A DNA stretch of 64,000 nt from Thermoanaerobaculia bacterium (lineage in GTDB: Bacteria > Acidobacteriota > Thermoanaerobaculia > UBA5066), in contig CAWFJJ010000025.1 in NCBI GenBank assembly GCA_963816185.1, positions 96,001 through 160,000 on the forward strand, in the 5' to 3' direction. A model generated the notes under the pieces. It was not told the origin of the DNA, did not search any database, and saw only the letters and a list, made by a program, of their open reading frames with translations. Shown piece by piece: positions 63,729 through 64,000 of this stretch (positions are counted from its first letter, which is position 1; each line of letters opens with the position of its first letter). The translations under genes and the position numbers were made by a program.

Positions 63729-64000
63729 ATGTTCCTGGTCGCGATCGTCATGGTGTGGTTCGCGGCCGGGAGCATCTGGAACGTGCGGAAGGGGAAGGCC
63801 ACGATCCGCTGGATGCAGGGAGGGCTTCATCTCCTCTGCGAAAGGACGACGGTCCGATGGCTCGGGACGACGGCGGTCGAGCTCGCCCTGGTGAAGCCTA
63901 AAGCCCCGTTCGAGGGGGTAACGCTCGTGATCTTCCTCGAGCCGCGGGACGTCCCGTGGCTCTGGGGGTTCTCGAGGAGCCGGGGGCGCCGCGACGCGCT
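63729..64000 (+). CDS. membrane-anchored hypothetical protein (runs off window)
   Basis: MFLVAIVMVWFAAGSIWNVRKG...RWLGTT...LEPRDVPWLW; GGAGG at 63703, possible CTG start 63714. Confidence 0.75.
   Translation, partial: MFLVAIVMVWFAAGSIWNVRKGKATIRWMQGGLHLLCERTTVRWLGTTAVELALVKPKAPFEGVTLVIFLEPRDVPWLWGFSRSRGRRDA

Overview
High-GC bacterial chromosomal window, probably Acidobacteriota/Thermoanaerobaculia-like (inferred from gene repertoire and secreted-protein C-terminal motifs). It is gene-dense, with about 58 genes: glgP (partial), mscL, a Ser/Thr kinase-TonB_C fusion, an A1-type cytochrome c oxidase operon, an AbrB/RelE-like toxin-antitoxin pair, smc, regulators, a KS/CLF-like/thioesterase fatty-acid cluster, an ACE-like peptidase, ligA, ppk1, msrB, glmM, folP and panE. 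No rRNA, tRNA, CRISPR or transposase was seen. Most notable are: (1) two Cys-free ArsA/Get3-family ATPases with complementary degenerate switch motifs, preceded by two paralogous small hydrophobic proteins; (2) short duplicated gene ends or segments (FAH-hydrolase 5' end flanking a two-gene insert, msrB 3' end, an internal junction in a secreted protein) suggesting allele or cassette replacement; (3) a nested-palindrome MITE-like element in the cox operon in front of a Cys-less SCO homologue, with a similar hairpin inside an in-frame ligA insertion. Two genes carry frameshifts that are either pseudogenisation or sequencing indels.
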